Positions 1 through 13,133 of a stretch of DNA of 64,000 nucleotides are shown here, piece after piece. The notes beneath the pieces are model-generated. The model made no database searches and was not told the DNA's origin. It saw only the letters and a list, made by a program, of their open reading frames with translations. Origin of the DNA: Paraspadella gotoi (lineage: Eukaryota > Animalia > Chaetognatha); the NCBI GenBank assembly GCA_051294375.1, contig CM119269.1:13932552-13996551 (forward strand), given 5' to 3'. Both the position numbers and the translations under genes were made by a program. Position 1 is the stretch's first letter. The number at the start of each line of letters is the position of its first letter.

Positions 1-1831
1 GGTTGGAAATCTTTTTCTAGTGAAATAACAATGAGGGGAGAAAGAGGGAGGAGGGAAAAAACTGGAGAGACGAATCCAGAGATANNNNNNNNNNNNNNNN
101 NNNNNNNNNNNNNNNNNNNNNNNNNNNNNNNNNNNNNNNNNNNNNNNNNNNNNNNNNNNNNNNNNNNNNNNNNNNNNNNNNNNNNNNNNNNNNNNNNNNN
201 NNNNNNNNNNNNNNNNNNNNNNNNNNNNNNNNNNNNNNNNNNNNNNNNNNNNNNNNNNNNNNNNNNNNNNNNNNNNNNNNNNNNNNNNNNNNNNNNNNNN
301 NNNNNNNNNNNNNNNNNNNNNNNNNNNNNNNNNNNNNNNNNNNNNNNNNNNGAAAGAAAGAAAAGAGAAAAAATATATTAAGAAAAAAAAGATTTAAATA
401 CAAAAAAAAAGAGATCCATTCATTCTATTTTTTTTTTTTTTTTTTTGGATCAAGAAACAAAAAAAAAGGTTTTTAAAACGAATCGAATCTAATTTTCTTT
501 TCTTTTGTTTTCCCTAATTTCTTGATCTTTTGTTTTATTTTCCTCCAAATTTCCGACGCCACAAGGATCTTCCCTTTTTTTCCAATTCTCTTTTTTTTCA
601 AATTTTTTTCATTTAGTTTGGTATGATAAATTTTTATTCATCCATATGTCTTTACAATACAATTTATTATTGCAGAAAGGAATAAACTAAATGAAATACG
701 ACAATATGAAAAGTAAACTAAAAATCTATTCTAATTTCTCATTAAATTAAAACTAGTTTACTACTACTATAATGTTAGTTTAATTTTTCTATAAAATTTC
801 TCAGATGCTTCAATCGCCGCATCGTCAGCAGCCTTCTTCTCTGCCTCTGCTGACACGGTCGAATGTCATCTCACTCTATCTCTCTCTCTCTCTCTNNNNN
901 NNNNNNNNNNNNNNNNNNNNNNNNNNNNNNNNNNNNNNNNNNNNNNNNNNNNNNNNNNNNNNNNNNNNNNNNNNNNNNNNNNNNNNNNNNNNNNNNNNNN
1001 NNNNNNNNNNNNNNNNNNNNNNNNNNNNNNNNNNNNNNNNNNNNNNNNNNNNNNNNNNNNNNNNNNNNNNNNNNNNNNNNNNNNNNNNNNNNNNNNNNNN
1101 NNNNNNNNNNNAGAGAGAGAGAGAGAGAGAGAGAGAATAGGGAGAGCTGTTTGTTCGTTAATTTAGTTTACATTGTCAGATTAAGATGATAACGAATATA
1201 CATATATATATGTAAGTATTATGACATTCTTCATTACACGTTGACTAAATTCTTTAGCATCTCCTCTTTTCCTGATTCTAAGAAATGGTTGATCTATTCT
1301 TTCTCTTTCTCCCCATCCCTCTACTCGCTTTCATTTCCTCCTTTCTCCCTCTCCTTGCTTCCACTCCCTCTCCTTAGCTCCTTTATCCCTCTCCTTTCTT
1401 CCTCTTCTTCTCCCTTCCTCCTTCTTCCCTCTTCTTCCTTCCTCTCCTTTCCTCCTTCCTCNNNNNNNNNNNNNNNNNNNNNNNNNNNNNNNNNNNNNNN
1501 NNNNNNNNNNNNNNNNNNNNNNNNNNNNNNNNNNNNNNNNNNNNNNNNNNNNNNNNNNNNNNNNNNNNNNNNNNNNNNNNNNNNNNNNNNNNNNNNNNNN
1601 NNNNNNNNNNNNNNNNNNNNNNNNNNNNNNNNNNNNNNNNNNNNNNNNNNNNNNNNNNNNNNNNNNNNNNNNNNNNNNNNNNNNNNNNNNNNNCTCTCCT
1701 TTCCTCCTTCCTCTCTCATCTTCTTTCCTCTCCTTCTCATCGTCCGCCAAACGAATTCGCCCAGATATAAACTCTGCTTCCTTCATTTACTCATGTTGGG
1801 CAAATATTCGTCTTCACTTCGGGTCCCTTCC

Positions 1832-1865
<34 letters not shown>

Positions 1866-2289
1866 NNNNNNNNNNNNNNNNNNNNNNNNNNNNNNNNNNN
1901 NNNNNNNNNNNNNNNNNNNNNNNNNNNNNNNNNNNNNNNNNNNNNNNNNNNNNNNNNNNNNNNNNNNNNNNNNNNNNNNNNNNNNNNNNNNNNNNNNNNN
2001 NNNNNNNNNNNNNNNNNNNNNNNNNNNNNNNNNNNNNNNNNNNNNNNNNNNNNAAAAATTTCTTAGTCAAACGAGAGAATAACGTATTACATTTATAATG
2101 ATAAAAACATTTTTTTTTTAAATTGGGTTACCTATGATCACCGAGTTTTGAGTTTAAATTTATTCATATTTTTATATTTCCTTTAAACATTTATCTTTTC
2201 CTTTCTCCTATCTTTCCCGGTGGCCCACGATTGTGATCCACTGTTTGACCCCATTATGTTATCACAACAGAGACGAACACGGACCATCC

Positions 2290-2442
2290 TGTCGTCGTCG
2301 GCGTCGTCGTCGTCGTCGTCGTCGGCGTCGGCGTCGGCGTCGTCGTCGTCGTCGTCGTCGTCGGTGTCTCTGCGATCGGTGGAAGAAACCGGAAGGAAAT
2401 CCATCGTCCTCATCGTCGTCATCGTCGTCATCGGCGTCGTTA

Positions 2443-2479
<37 letters not shown>

Positions 2480-2524
2480 TGCAGTCTTTGCCTACTTCGT
2501 CGTCGTCATCTTCGTCGCAACCTC

Positions 2525-2558
<34 letters not shown>

Positions 2559-2560
2559 GG
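2290..2560. repeat. Degenerate (GTC)n/(GAC)n microsatellite
   Basis: Seen directly; variants include ATC, GTT and GGC. Confidence 0.85.
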
Positions 2561-2963
2561 AAGTCCGATCGCCGACGGCAAGCAAGCAAAGCAAGCAAAC
2601 TGGCTGAGAGAAAAATCCCCGAGATTTGGCGCCTTGGGTGAGAGGGGGCCTTGTGAGAGAGTGGTAGGCCTGAGTGAGAGAAAGGAAGTCTTGTGAGAAG
2701 GTGACGGGTGTGAATGTAGAAAGGAGAAGATTCGGGGAGGGAAAAGTGATTCTATGATTTCGACTGAGGCTCAAGTTTAGTTTTTACCCTTCTCGCTCAA
2801 AATAAAATAGGTTTTAGGAATATCGTCATCAAACAGACGGAAAAAAAACTGTTTCACTATGTTCCATCCCTTACGAAATCTCATCGTTGAAGTTTACCGA
2901 AAATAGAATCTACAATTTTACAATGATTTTCACGTCTTCAAATAAATTGTGTGGACGACCGCA

Positions 2964-2994
<31 letters not shown>

Positions 2995-3829
2995 TGTAGA
3001 CAACCCGTCTAATGTGAATTGAACAATTGAATGATTGATCCTGGGATAAAATGTTCAACACCTTTGTGGACATCAATGTCCCGAACGAAATAATAAATCG
3101 GAGAAAAAGGAAGAGAACTTTATCTAAAGAGAAGCATTAACTGTCTGACTGATTGTAGGGAGGGAGTAAAACACTTTGCTCCTTCGTTCCTTCATTCCTT
3201 CGTTCGTTCCTTCATTCGTTTCTTTACAAGTTCGTTCATTAGGATAATTTTAAAAAATTAATTAGTTTATTCCTGCGTACGTACAAAGTTTGTTCCTTCG
3301 CTCCTTCTTTCGTTCGTTTTTCCCTTCCTTCCTGCGTACATTGTACGCTTCTTTCGTTCATGCCTTCATTCCTTCGTTAGTTCGTTCGTTCGTTCGTTCC
3401 TTCGTTCATTCGTTCCTTCGTTCCTTCCTTCCTCCCTTCACTTGGCGAATCGATCTCCTTCCATTTCCCTTTTGTTCGACTCATTTTTTCCTCCTCATTT
3501 TCGAGATGAAGAATCGAAACGAATTAAATCTTTTTTTCTCTTCCTAACAAAATTCGTTCNNNNNNNNNNNNNNNNNNNNNNNNNNNNNNNNNNNNNNNNN
3601 NNNNNNNNNNNNNNNNNNNNNNNNNNNNNNNNNNNNNNNNNNNNNNNNNNNNNNNNNNNNNNNNNNGGAAGGCAATGGCGGGAAGAGTAATCGGTTCTGC
3701 CCAGTAAATAATAAGGGCGATCATTCAACGCAAGGGAAAAAGAGGAATCGTGGCGGAATTAGATCACGTTTCTGGTGTCGCTTCAATCGTTTCCGGTGGA
3801 GAGGAAAAAGTCAGACTCTTCTTTTTAAA

Positions 3830-4140
3830 ACCGTTTTGGATCGTGTTTCGTTTTGTTTTGTTTCAAAGTTGAGTTTTTGTTGCGTTTTTCTTTGCTTTGT
3901 TTTAATTTGATTTGCTTTGCTTTGATATGCTTTGCTTTGCTTTGATTTACATTGCTCTGATTTGCTTTGAATTGCTTTGAATAGCTTTGTTTTTCTTTGC
4001 TATGTTTTGTTTGCATAAGTTTTTGTTTGCATTAGTTTTTGTTATAATTTTATGTTCTGTTTTGTTCAGTCTTGTTTTGTCATATTGTCATATTGTTTTG
4101 CTTCGTTGGTTGTGTTTGCTCTGTTCGTTTTGTTATGATT
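3830..4140. repeat. Degenerate (TTTGC/TTTGT)n pentanucleotide simple repeat
   Basis: Seen directly. Confidence 0.8.
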
Positions 4141-4540
4141 TGTCAAACTGTATACAAAACAGAAGAACAACGACAGATATCAAAAGTCCTCGCCCAAACT
4201 TCTCTCCTTTTTTAACATATCTCAAAAACCAAGCTGAAGTTCTTACTATTTAATCTAAAGACTAAAGCCAGACATTGCATTCTCTCTGCCACCTTCACCT
4301 CCCCTCCACTTCGATACCAAAACCAAATCGAAAAGGATTTGATCTTCAAATCCATGGGATTGACTGAGCGACTCTTTCCACTTTTTCGCGCAGTTCTTTC
4401 TTTTTATAACCCTTTCTTTTATTCTTTTCTTTATTTCTTTTACTTTTTTTACGAACGAATAGAAATAGAAATGTTTATTTCTTTTAGGTTTTTGTATTTA
4501 TTTAGTTTCTTATTCAGGTAAAGGTTATCATCCTTGTAAG

Positions 4541-4623
<83 letters not shown>

Positions 4624-7600
4624 ATATTTCTTTCTCGATGTCTTTTCATTTAACTCATTTATTTTTTTCAATTNNNNNNNNNNNNNNNNNNNNNNNNNAC
4701 TATCAAACATGGGTGCCACCCCTCTCCAACACTGTGTACCTGACATCACATCATATCAATTGTTCACATTCCACATAGACCGGGTTGTCTACATGCCGTG
4801 GCTCCCGTCATCGTCGTCGGTCGTTCTCCGCCGGCGTCCAACACAAGTCCCTCATTTGAAACGTGAAAATCATTTTGTAAAATTGATACATTCTATTCTT
4901 TACGTGTAACTGAGGGACGATCAAATCTCTATACACGCGACTCGGGAACAAAGTGAAATGCAGTTTTTGTTTTCGTCATAAGTTTAGATACACAAAACCT
5001 ACCATTCCCCTAAAAAAAAAATTTTTTATTGAGCGAGAACAGGGTAAAAACTCCTTGAGCTCAGCGATCATAGAAATCAACTTTTCTCCGAACTAATACT
5101 CCTTCTCATATCATACACCCACCACGTCAACTTCTCAGCAAGACCTTCCTTTCTCTCCTCAGGCCTCTTCCACCCTCTCTCATCAAGGAAACCCCCCTCA
5201 TCACCCAAGGGCCAAACATATCAGATCAATAATCAGAGCCAGTTTGCTTGTTTGCTTCTTGCCGATCGCGATCGACTTCGACGACGATGACGACGACGAA
5301 ATGACGAACGACGAGGACGGATTGCGAACGAGATGACGACGAGCGAAGTAGGCAAAGACTGCAACGACGACGACACGGACGACGGACGATGACCGATACG
5401 GCCATGACGACGACTGACGACGATGTAGCGACGATGGATTCTTCCGGTTTCTTCCGACCGATCGCAGAGACTACCGATCGCGACTGACGGACGACGACGT
5501 TTACGACGACACGCCGGACGCCGACGCCGACGACGACCGACTACGACGACCGCCGACGACGACAGGATGGTCGTGTTCGCTTCTGTTGTACCTGATAACA
5601 ATAATGGGGTCAAACAGTGGATCACAATCTGTTGGCCGCACGCGGAAAACATAGAAGAGAATAATATTAAGAGAAGATATGAAATGATTAGCACTTATAT
5701 ACCAGCTCAAACTCAGATGCATCCATCCAGGGGTTACCCAATTTAAAAAAATATTATTATAACTGTAATACCGTTATTCTCCGTTTGACTAAGAATTTTT
5801 TTTTTTCTTTTTATGAGAAATGAATAAGAAAGAGGATAGTCGTGGAATCAAACAATTGCAACACACAAATTATCAAATGTAAACCACTCAGCATAAATTC
5901 GGCCTGGAATCTCAGCGAGATGATACTGAAGGCGTGAGAGAAGAGAAGAGAGAGAGAGAGAGAGACACGAGAGAGAGATGGATGAGTAGAGAGAGAGATG
6001 CGCAGCACTCATCCAATCGACCGACGAGAGAGAGAGAGCATCCCGCGACAGGACCCGAAGCTGAACCTGAACCAGAAACTCCACTCCTCGCCAATATTAA
6101 ATGAAGGTACACGCACAGCACAGTATCATCATCACATACCTGGAACTAGCTGCCCGCACACTCTCGTCTTCGCCGCTCGTACCGCTATTTACGAAGGAGA
6201 GGAAAGAAGATGCGAGAAGTAAGGAGGGAAGGCAGAGGAAGCAGCATGTAAGCCATAGCTAATCGAGGAGGAGACGCGGAAGGGCGACAGACGAGAAGAA
6301 CAGACCGAAGGGGAGCAACAGACCAGCAGGAAAGCAGAGGAGGAAGGAGGGAAAAGCGAGACGCGAAGGCAAGCAAGAGGGACGAGTCAGGCCACAGGCG
6401 CGGCACCACACCAGAGGTTTCAACAAAGCGAGAGCGTGAGGACCCGGAAGCCGACGGACTATAGCGACGTAAGGAGAGGACAGGAAGCCGCACGCAGACG
6501 GAATACGAGGAGAGGACGAGATAGCAGTGAAGACGACGACCACTGACCTGAGTGAGAGGAGCAACGGCGAGGAAAGGGAGTAGGAGGAGGAGGAGCTACG
6601 TAGCGAAGCGAGAGAGGGAAGAAGAGGAGGAAGATGAAGAACGAGAGAAGAAAAGAGAAGGAGGGAATTAAACGTAAGCTAAGGACTGTACGGGAGTGGA
6701 ACGACAAGGAGAGGCTGAGAAAGCGAGAATGACAGCGCCCAGTACGAGGGATGGGCGAGAAGAGGAAAGACATAGAATCAACCATTTCTTAGAATCAGGA
6801 AAAGAGGGATTGCTAAAGAATTTAGTCCAACGCTGTAAGGAAGAATGTCATTAATAGCTTACAATTACTATATATGATATTCGTTATCAGTCTTAATCTG
6901 ACAATGATAAACTAAGAACTTAACGTAACAAACAGCTCTCCCTATTGCTTTTCTCTCTCTCTCTCTTCCTCTCTCTCTCTCTCTCTCTCTCTCATCTCTC
7001 CTCTCTCTCTCTCTTTCTCTCCTCTCTCTCCTTCGTCCCTCGCCTCTCTCACTCCCAATCTTCAATTTTTTTTCCTCCATTCGACCCATAAATGATTTAA
7101 AGTGAGAACTCGAAATGCCGCATGAAAAAATAAAAAATTGTATGGGCAGGGAGATAGAGAGAGAGAGAGAGAGACGAGAGAAGAGAGATCGAGATAGAAG
7201 AGAGAGAGAGAGCTAGAGAGAGAAGAAGAGAGAGAGACCCACGACGAGCAGATAGAGTGAGGCATTGACATGTCGACACCCCAAAAATTGTCACCCAGAC
7301 GGCAGAGAAGAAGAACAAGGCTGCTGACGATGCGGGCGATTTGAAGCATTCTAGAAATTTTACCCTAGCAAAACATTACATGACTAACTTATCAGTCAGT
7401 TAGTAAACTAATTTTAATTTATATGAGAAAATCATCAGCAATAGATTTTCTATTTACCCTTTTCATTATTGTCGCCTATGTTCATTATAGTTTATTCCTT
7501 TCTGCATAATAATAAATTGCTATTAATACATAGACATATGGATGAATAAAAATTTTATCATACCAAACTAAATGAAAAAAATTTGAAAAAACAAGAAATT

Positions 7601-10600
7601 TGGAAAAAAAGGGAAGATCCTTTGGCTGGCGCGCATATCGGAAATTTGGTAGGAAATAAAACAAACCATAGATCAAGAAAATTAGGGAAAATCGAATAAG
7701 AAAAGCGCAAAACTTAGATTCGATATCGTATTTAAAACCTTATATTTTATTGTTTCTTGATCCAAAAAAAAAAAAAAATAAATGAATGGATCTCTTTTTT
7801 TATGTTTATCGTAAAAATCTTTCTTTTTTAATATATTTTTTCTCCTTTCTTATAACTTTCTATATCGAAGCTCTTTGTTCTGGCGGCGATTCAAGGAGAA
7901 GAAAAGCTCATAATAACCGTTAATTTGACCTCACCTCCCTCTTCTTCCTCCTATATTCATCTCACTCGCCTCTCTCTCTCCTCTCTCTCTTCTCTCTCTC
8001 TCCTCTCTCTCCTCTCTCCTCATCTCTCTCTCTCCTTCTCTCTCTTACGCCTCTCTCTCTCTCAAAAACAAAACACAAAGAAAGAGATATCCCTTCCTGG
8101 GATTGCCAGTCTACTAATTCCAGTGCTAATCTTTTCCCTCCACCCTCTTTACCCCGCTCAGTGTTATTTCATTAGAGAAGAGAACCGTGGTCCAGCGTTT
8201 ACCCGTTTGTTGTTTTGCTTAAACAATAGAATTGATGAAAAAAAACATTGCTCCTCCGTTTTTAAGTCAGCAGATGCTAATTAGTTCTCTCGGCTCCCTC
8301 CTTGCTGGTGCCGCCTCGGGGGTCGTGATATTCGCGAGGATAGGGATTCGGGGGCTGCGGCCTTCGGGGGCGTGTGCCCTTGGGGTGTCCTTCGTGTCTA
8401 GTAACTACGCGTGGGCAACAGGGGTTTCTTGTCTGAAACATTATACCCACTATATTTCTTTGCTTCGTTTGTACACCCCCCCCTCTTGGAAAAACCTCAG
8501 AGGATGAGTTCCGATATCGTTTGCTTTTAATTTCCCGCTCTGCTCTCTCTCTCTCTCTCGTCGTCTCTCTTCTCTCTCTCTGCTCTCTCCTCTCTCTCTT
8601 CTCTCCTTCCCTCCTCTTTTTTCTTCCTCTTAATCTCCTGAGGATTTTTTATCGTTTAGTACCGATTCTCACAACCGTGGGAGTTCCATCAACTAGGGCG
8701 CCAGCTTTAATCATGCGTCTCTGCGGGTCGGTCGTCGTGCGTTCTCGGGGGATCTCTCGGATCTATCTCTCTCTCTCTCTCCGCTCACCCTCCTCAGAGA
8801 CTCAGATGCGACAAAAGGGAGACATTATTTGTCTTTTCTTCTTCAATTTTCTCGCCTCTTCATAANNNNNNNNNNCGTTTTTTATTTAAAAAAAAAATCT
8901 AATCTCATTAAAGATTAGTTTTTGAAAACGTTTTATTTAGTTTGCTTCAGTTCATGGTATATCATTGTTTTTATTTTATTTTACTCCCCTTGTCGCGGGC
9001 GTTTATTTTTACGCGTGTAAAGAATGTTTTTTATATAATTATTTATAAATACCCAAACTAAAGAAAGAGAAAAGAAAAATAAAAGATTTTGGTTTGCGGA
9101 GGCAAAAACTAAGATGAAGGAAAAGCCAGACTTTCTTTAGAAGAAGAAAGAGGAGGAAGAGGAGGAGGAAAAGCGGGAAGAGGAAAAGAGGAAAGTGAAA
9201 GAAGAGGAGGAGGCAGAGGAGGAGGAGGAAGTGAGAGGGAGTGACTGAAAGCGTGTCTCGATGGTGCATTAGGTTGATTACTTTTTATCAGCTGGAAAGA
9301 CACGGAATGTCACCAGCCAATCCCGAGTTGGGGATTGGGAGTGGGTGAGCGGGTGAGTGAGCGGGTGAGTGAGTGGCTGAGTGAGTGGGTAGCTGTGGTT
9401 GTGGTTTAAAACGAGGTGGTCGAAATAGGGCGGAACAGTGGAAAGGGTGGAAGGGTACGGAAACAAAAAGAGGTAAGTTATCATAGTTAAAGGGGTCGTT
9501 GTTGTTGATGTTCTTGTAGTACAATACAATGTATGTATTGCAAATTTGCAATTATAGCCTATTGCCTAATTATATTTTAAGGAAGATTTTTTTTAAACTA
9601 TATAGATTTTAAATTATTCTTTGTCTCTTTAAACTTCAGCGAATCCATTTCCTCTTTCGATCCTCCAAGGATTTAACGGTTTTCGTTATCGCGTCTTTTG
9701 TTTGTTTATTTGTTTTCGCCCAAACGACGGAAGAGGGAATCAGAGCGCCAACAAAAGGCCAACGGCATAAGGAACTCGCAATAGAGAGGGCAAGGGGTGG
9801 GGAACCTCGTTAAATATNNNNNNNNNNNNNNNNNNNNNNNNNNNNNNNNNNNNNNNNNNNNNNNNNNNNNNNNNNNNNNNNNNNNNNNNNNNNNNNNNNN
9901 NNNNNNNNNNNNNNNNNNNNNNNNNNNNNNNNNNNNNNNNNNNNNNNNNNNNNNNNNNNNNNNNNNNNNNNNNNNNNNNNNNNNNNNNNNNNNNNNNNNN
10001 NNNNNNNNNNNNNNNAAATAATCGCCTCTCCGACTCTATCCGTCTCTCTATATTCTACTACCATATTTTAAAGAAATTTAAGAAAAAGAGGAAGTTCTTT
10101 ATTCTTCACTTAACTAAACTTTGATTTTTCTTTCCAGTGGCAAAAAAAAAAACTGGTTTTTTCACTCAATCACTCTTTGACCATAATCCAAGCAAACAAG
10201 CAACCAGAATGTTCAGGTAGTGTTAGAAAGTCAAAGTTTTAATAATCCGTCATCATCATCGTTTGTCGTGGTCGTCGTCGTCGCCATCGTCGTCGACCTC
10301 ATCGCGGTCGTCGTCGTCGTCGTCGTCGTCGTCGTCCATTTCACTATTTCAGGTTGAGGGCACAAAAAAACTCTTTTTGTTTCGCCAATAATGAAATCGA
10401 GTCTTTTTTAAAAACGAAAATTTCTTCGACACGCGATTCCGACTTTTGAGAATTAAAGTCGCGCTCGATTTCGAGTTATTTTTCCCGCNNNNNNNNNNNN
10501 NNNNNNNNNNNNNNNNNNNNNNNNNNNNNNNNNNNNNNNNNNNNNNNNNNNNNNNNNNNNNNNNNNNNNNNNNNNNNNNNNNNNNNNNNNNNNNNNNNNN

Positions 10601-11078
10601 NNNNNNNNNNNNNNNNNNNNNNNNNNNNNNNNNNNNNNNNNNNNNNNNNNNNNNNNNNNNNNNNNNNNNNNNNNNNNNNNNNNNNNNNNNNNNNNNNAGA
10701 GAGAGAGAGAGAGAGAGAGAGAGTGCCCCGTGACAAGATTGTCGATAATTGACTCGGATTTTTTTTTCTTTTCAACGATTTTTTTGTCTCCATTTTTTCA
10801 AATTTTCCCACAATTTTCTTTCTCTTTTATTTTCTTTCTTTTCTAATTTGACTTTCTTCTTTTCTTTTTCTTTTCTTTTTCTTTTCCTTTCGTCGTTTTG
10901 GTCACGCGAATGAAACAAAAACGAAGGAGAAAACTTTGGGGGCCTTGTGGGTCAATTGTTAGTCACTGTAAAGTAATATTACTATTTCGAAAACGGTAAT
11001 TATATTTAGTAATTAAATTTTAAAAGTTTTATTAATGAGTTGTATTTAAAATCAAAACTTTAATACATCTTTTTTTTC

Positions 11079-11129
<51 letters not shown>

Positions 11130-11654
11130 GTCTTTCTCTAGTTCTTTTTTCTACCTTTCTTTCTTTCTTTCTTTCTTTCTGCATTTCTCTAGTTCTTTCT
11201 TTCTTTCTTTCCCCTTTTCTCTTTTCCCGTCGCACGCGACCAAATTTCTCTGATTTTTCTCGATTCTCACGAAAAGAAATAAAAATCATGAAATGAATTC
11301 GATCTGACCCAAAATTCAAATAAGACTCACACATATATTTAACTTTTGAAAACCCTTCGGTTGGGACGCTAGGCGTTTTCTCTCTCTCTCTCTCTCTCTC
11401 TCTCTNNNNNNNNNNNNNNNNNNNNNNNNNNNNNNNNNNNNNNNNNNNNNNNNNNNNNNNNNNNNNNNNNNNNNNNNNNNNNNNNNNNNNNNNNNNNNNN
11501 NNNNNNNNNNNNNNNNNNNNNNNNNNNNNNCCCTCCATCCCTCCCTCTCTCCGCCCAATCTCAATCCTTACTGAATCATTCACAGAGTCACTTTGTCACT
11601 CCGTCCAGACTTGAGACACCGATTTACAATTCACCTTTTACGTCAAACCGATGC

Positions 11655-11880
11655 ATCTCGCTTAATGCATATTGCAAAATCTTAGAACTTTTTGGTTATA
11701 AATCTTAATCTTAATCCTAATATTAATCTCGCTTAAAGCATATTGCAAAATCTTAGAACTTTTTGATTATAAATCTTAATCTTAATCTTTCTTAATGCAT
11801 ATTGCAAAATTTTAGAACTTTTTGATTATAAATCTTAATCTTAATCTTAATCTCGCTTAATGCATATTGCAAAATCCTTT
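11655..11880. repeat. Minisatellite, ~4 copies of a ~60-70-bp unit
   Basis: Unit ATCTCGCTTAATGCATATTGCAAAATCTTAGAACTTTTTGATTATAAATCTTAATCTTAATC. Confidence 0.9.
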
Positions 11881-12262
11881 TTGGTTACTGAGGCTGAAAA
11901 GCCAAAAGGGACCGCTTGGTCAAAATAATTCGCAGTCTTTATTTTAGCTCATATAAATTTTATAAAATTTTAATAATTTGATTTATCATAACTTATAATG
12001 GTTTTGCTATTTTATAACAATTTTATATACATTAAAAACCGAGGCCGCCGCCGCCGAAGCCGCCCCTAAGCCGCGGCCGACGCCGCCCAGAAAGCCGCCG
12101 CTTACGGGCGGGTACAACCGAATTTCTCTAAGTGGTTGTCATTGACATTGTAGTTTTCATGGTTGTTGTCGTTGTTGTTGTCACTTCAATAGTTAATTAT
12201 CATTTTCAAGTCGAGAGTTTAGGCCCACGAATCAAATTCCAACACGCGTTAAATATTTAGGT

Positions 12263-12299
<37 letters not shown>

Positions 12300-13101
12300 T
12301 TTCGTCCTCAATAGGTTGGTCGTCAAGCGAAGAATTGGCCCAACGCGAAAGGGAATCTCAATGAATATCATTCGTGACACCAATTCAAGGTTTCTGCTGC
12401 AGTTGTTGTTATTGTTGTTGTTTTCATCGGATGCATCGAGTTTCCTCGTTTACTTTTTATGATCCGTGTTGTTGTTGTTGTTGTTGTTGTTGTTGTCCGA
12501 CTTAACACAAAATATTTTGAAGTAAGTTCGTCGTCCTTTTAACGATTCTTAACTTTCTTTTTCTTTCCTTTTTTTTGTCCACTTTACCCTCCTGTTCTCT
12601 TTCTCTCTCTCTCTCTNNNNNNNNNNNNNNNNNNNNNNNNNNNNNNNNNNNNNNNNNNNNNNNNNNNNNNNNNNNNNNNNNNNNNNNNNNNNNNNNNNNN
12701 NNNNNNNNNNNNNNNNNNNNNNNNNNNNNNNNNNNNNNNNNNNNNNNNNNNNNNNNNNNNNNNNNNNNNNNNNNNNNNNNNNNNNNNNNNNNNNNNNNNN
12801 NNNNNNNNNNNNNNNNNNNNNNNNNNNNNNNNNNNNNNNNNNNNNNNNNNNNNNNNNNNNNGGGGGCATTCCTCGGGGTGGTCAAGGAGGGAAGGTAAGT
12901 CGGGGTGAGGCCGGCGAGGCGGTGGAGTCGGTGGTGCGAGTTCGTGCGACTGTCGACCGTGAAATAGGGTCAGTGCCGATGGCCTTAGTGGATGGAGGAG
13001 TTGGGGAGAGATCGTCTTCTCTCTTNNNNNNNNNNNNNNNNNNNNNNNNNNNNNNNNNNNNNNNNNNNNNNNNNNNNNNNNNNNNNNNNNNNNNNNNNNT
13101 T

Positions 13102-13133
<32 letters not shown>

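Larger units (their letters stand above)
1..8190. repeat. Large imperfect inverted repeat (arms ~1-3070 and ~4700-8190)
   Basis: Reverse-complement matches: 600-690 vs 7490-7585 (TTTAGTTTGGTATGATAAA..GCAGAAAGGAATAAAC); 2225-2610 vs 5235-5635; 2995-3030 vs 4755-4795. The right arm is rich in indels. Confidence 0.85.

Noticed and set aside
2183-2774. Poly-Asp/Arg/Ser/Val ORFs suggesting an acidic biomineralisation protein
   Set aside because: All frames are open because this is a (GAC)n microsatellite. The GAT/AAC variants fit CpG decay, and there is no convincing start or exon chain.
11655-11880. CRISPR-like array
   Set aside because: The units are contiguous with no unique spacers, the context is eukaryotic and there are no cas genes; it is a minisatellite.
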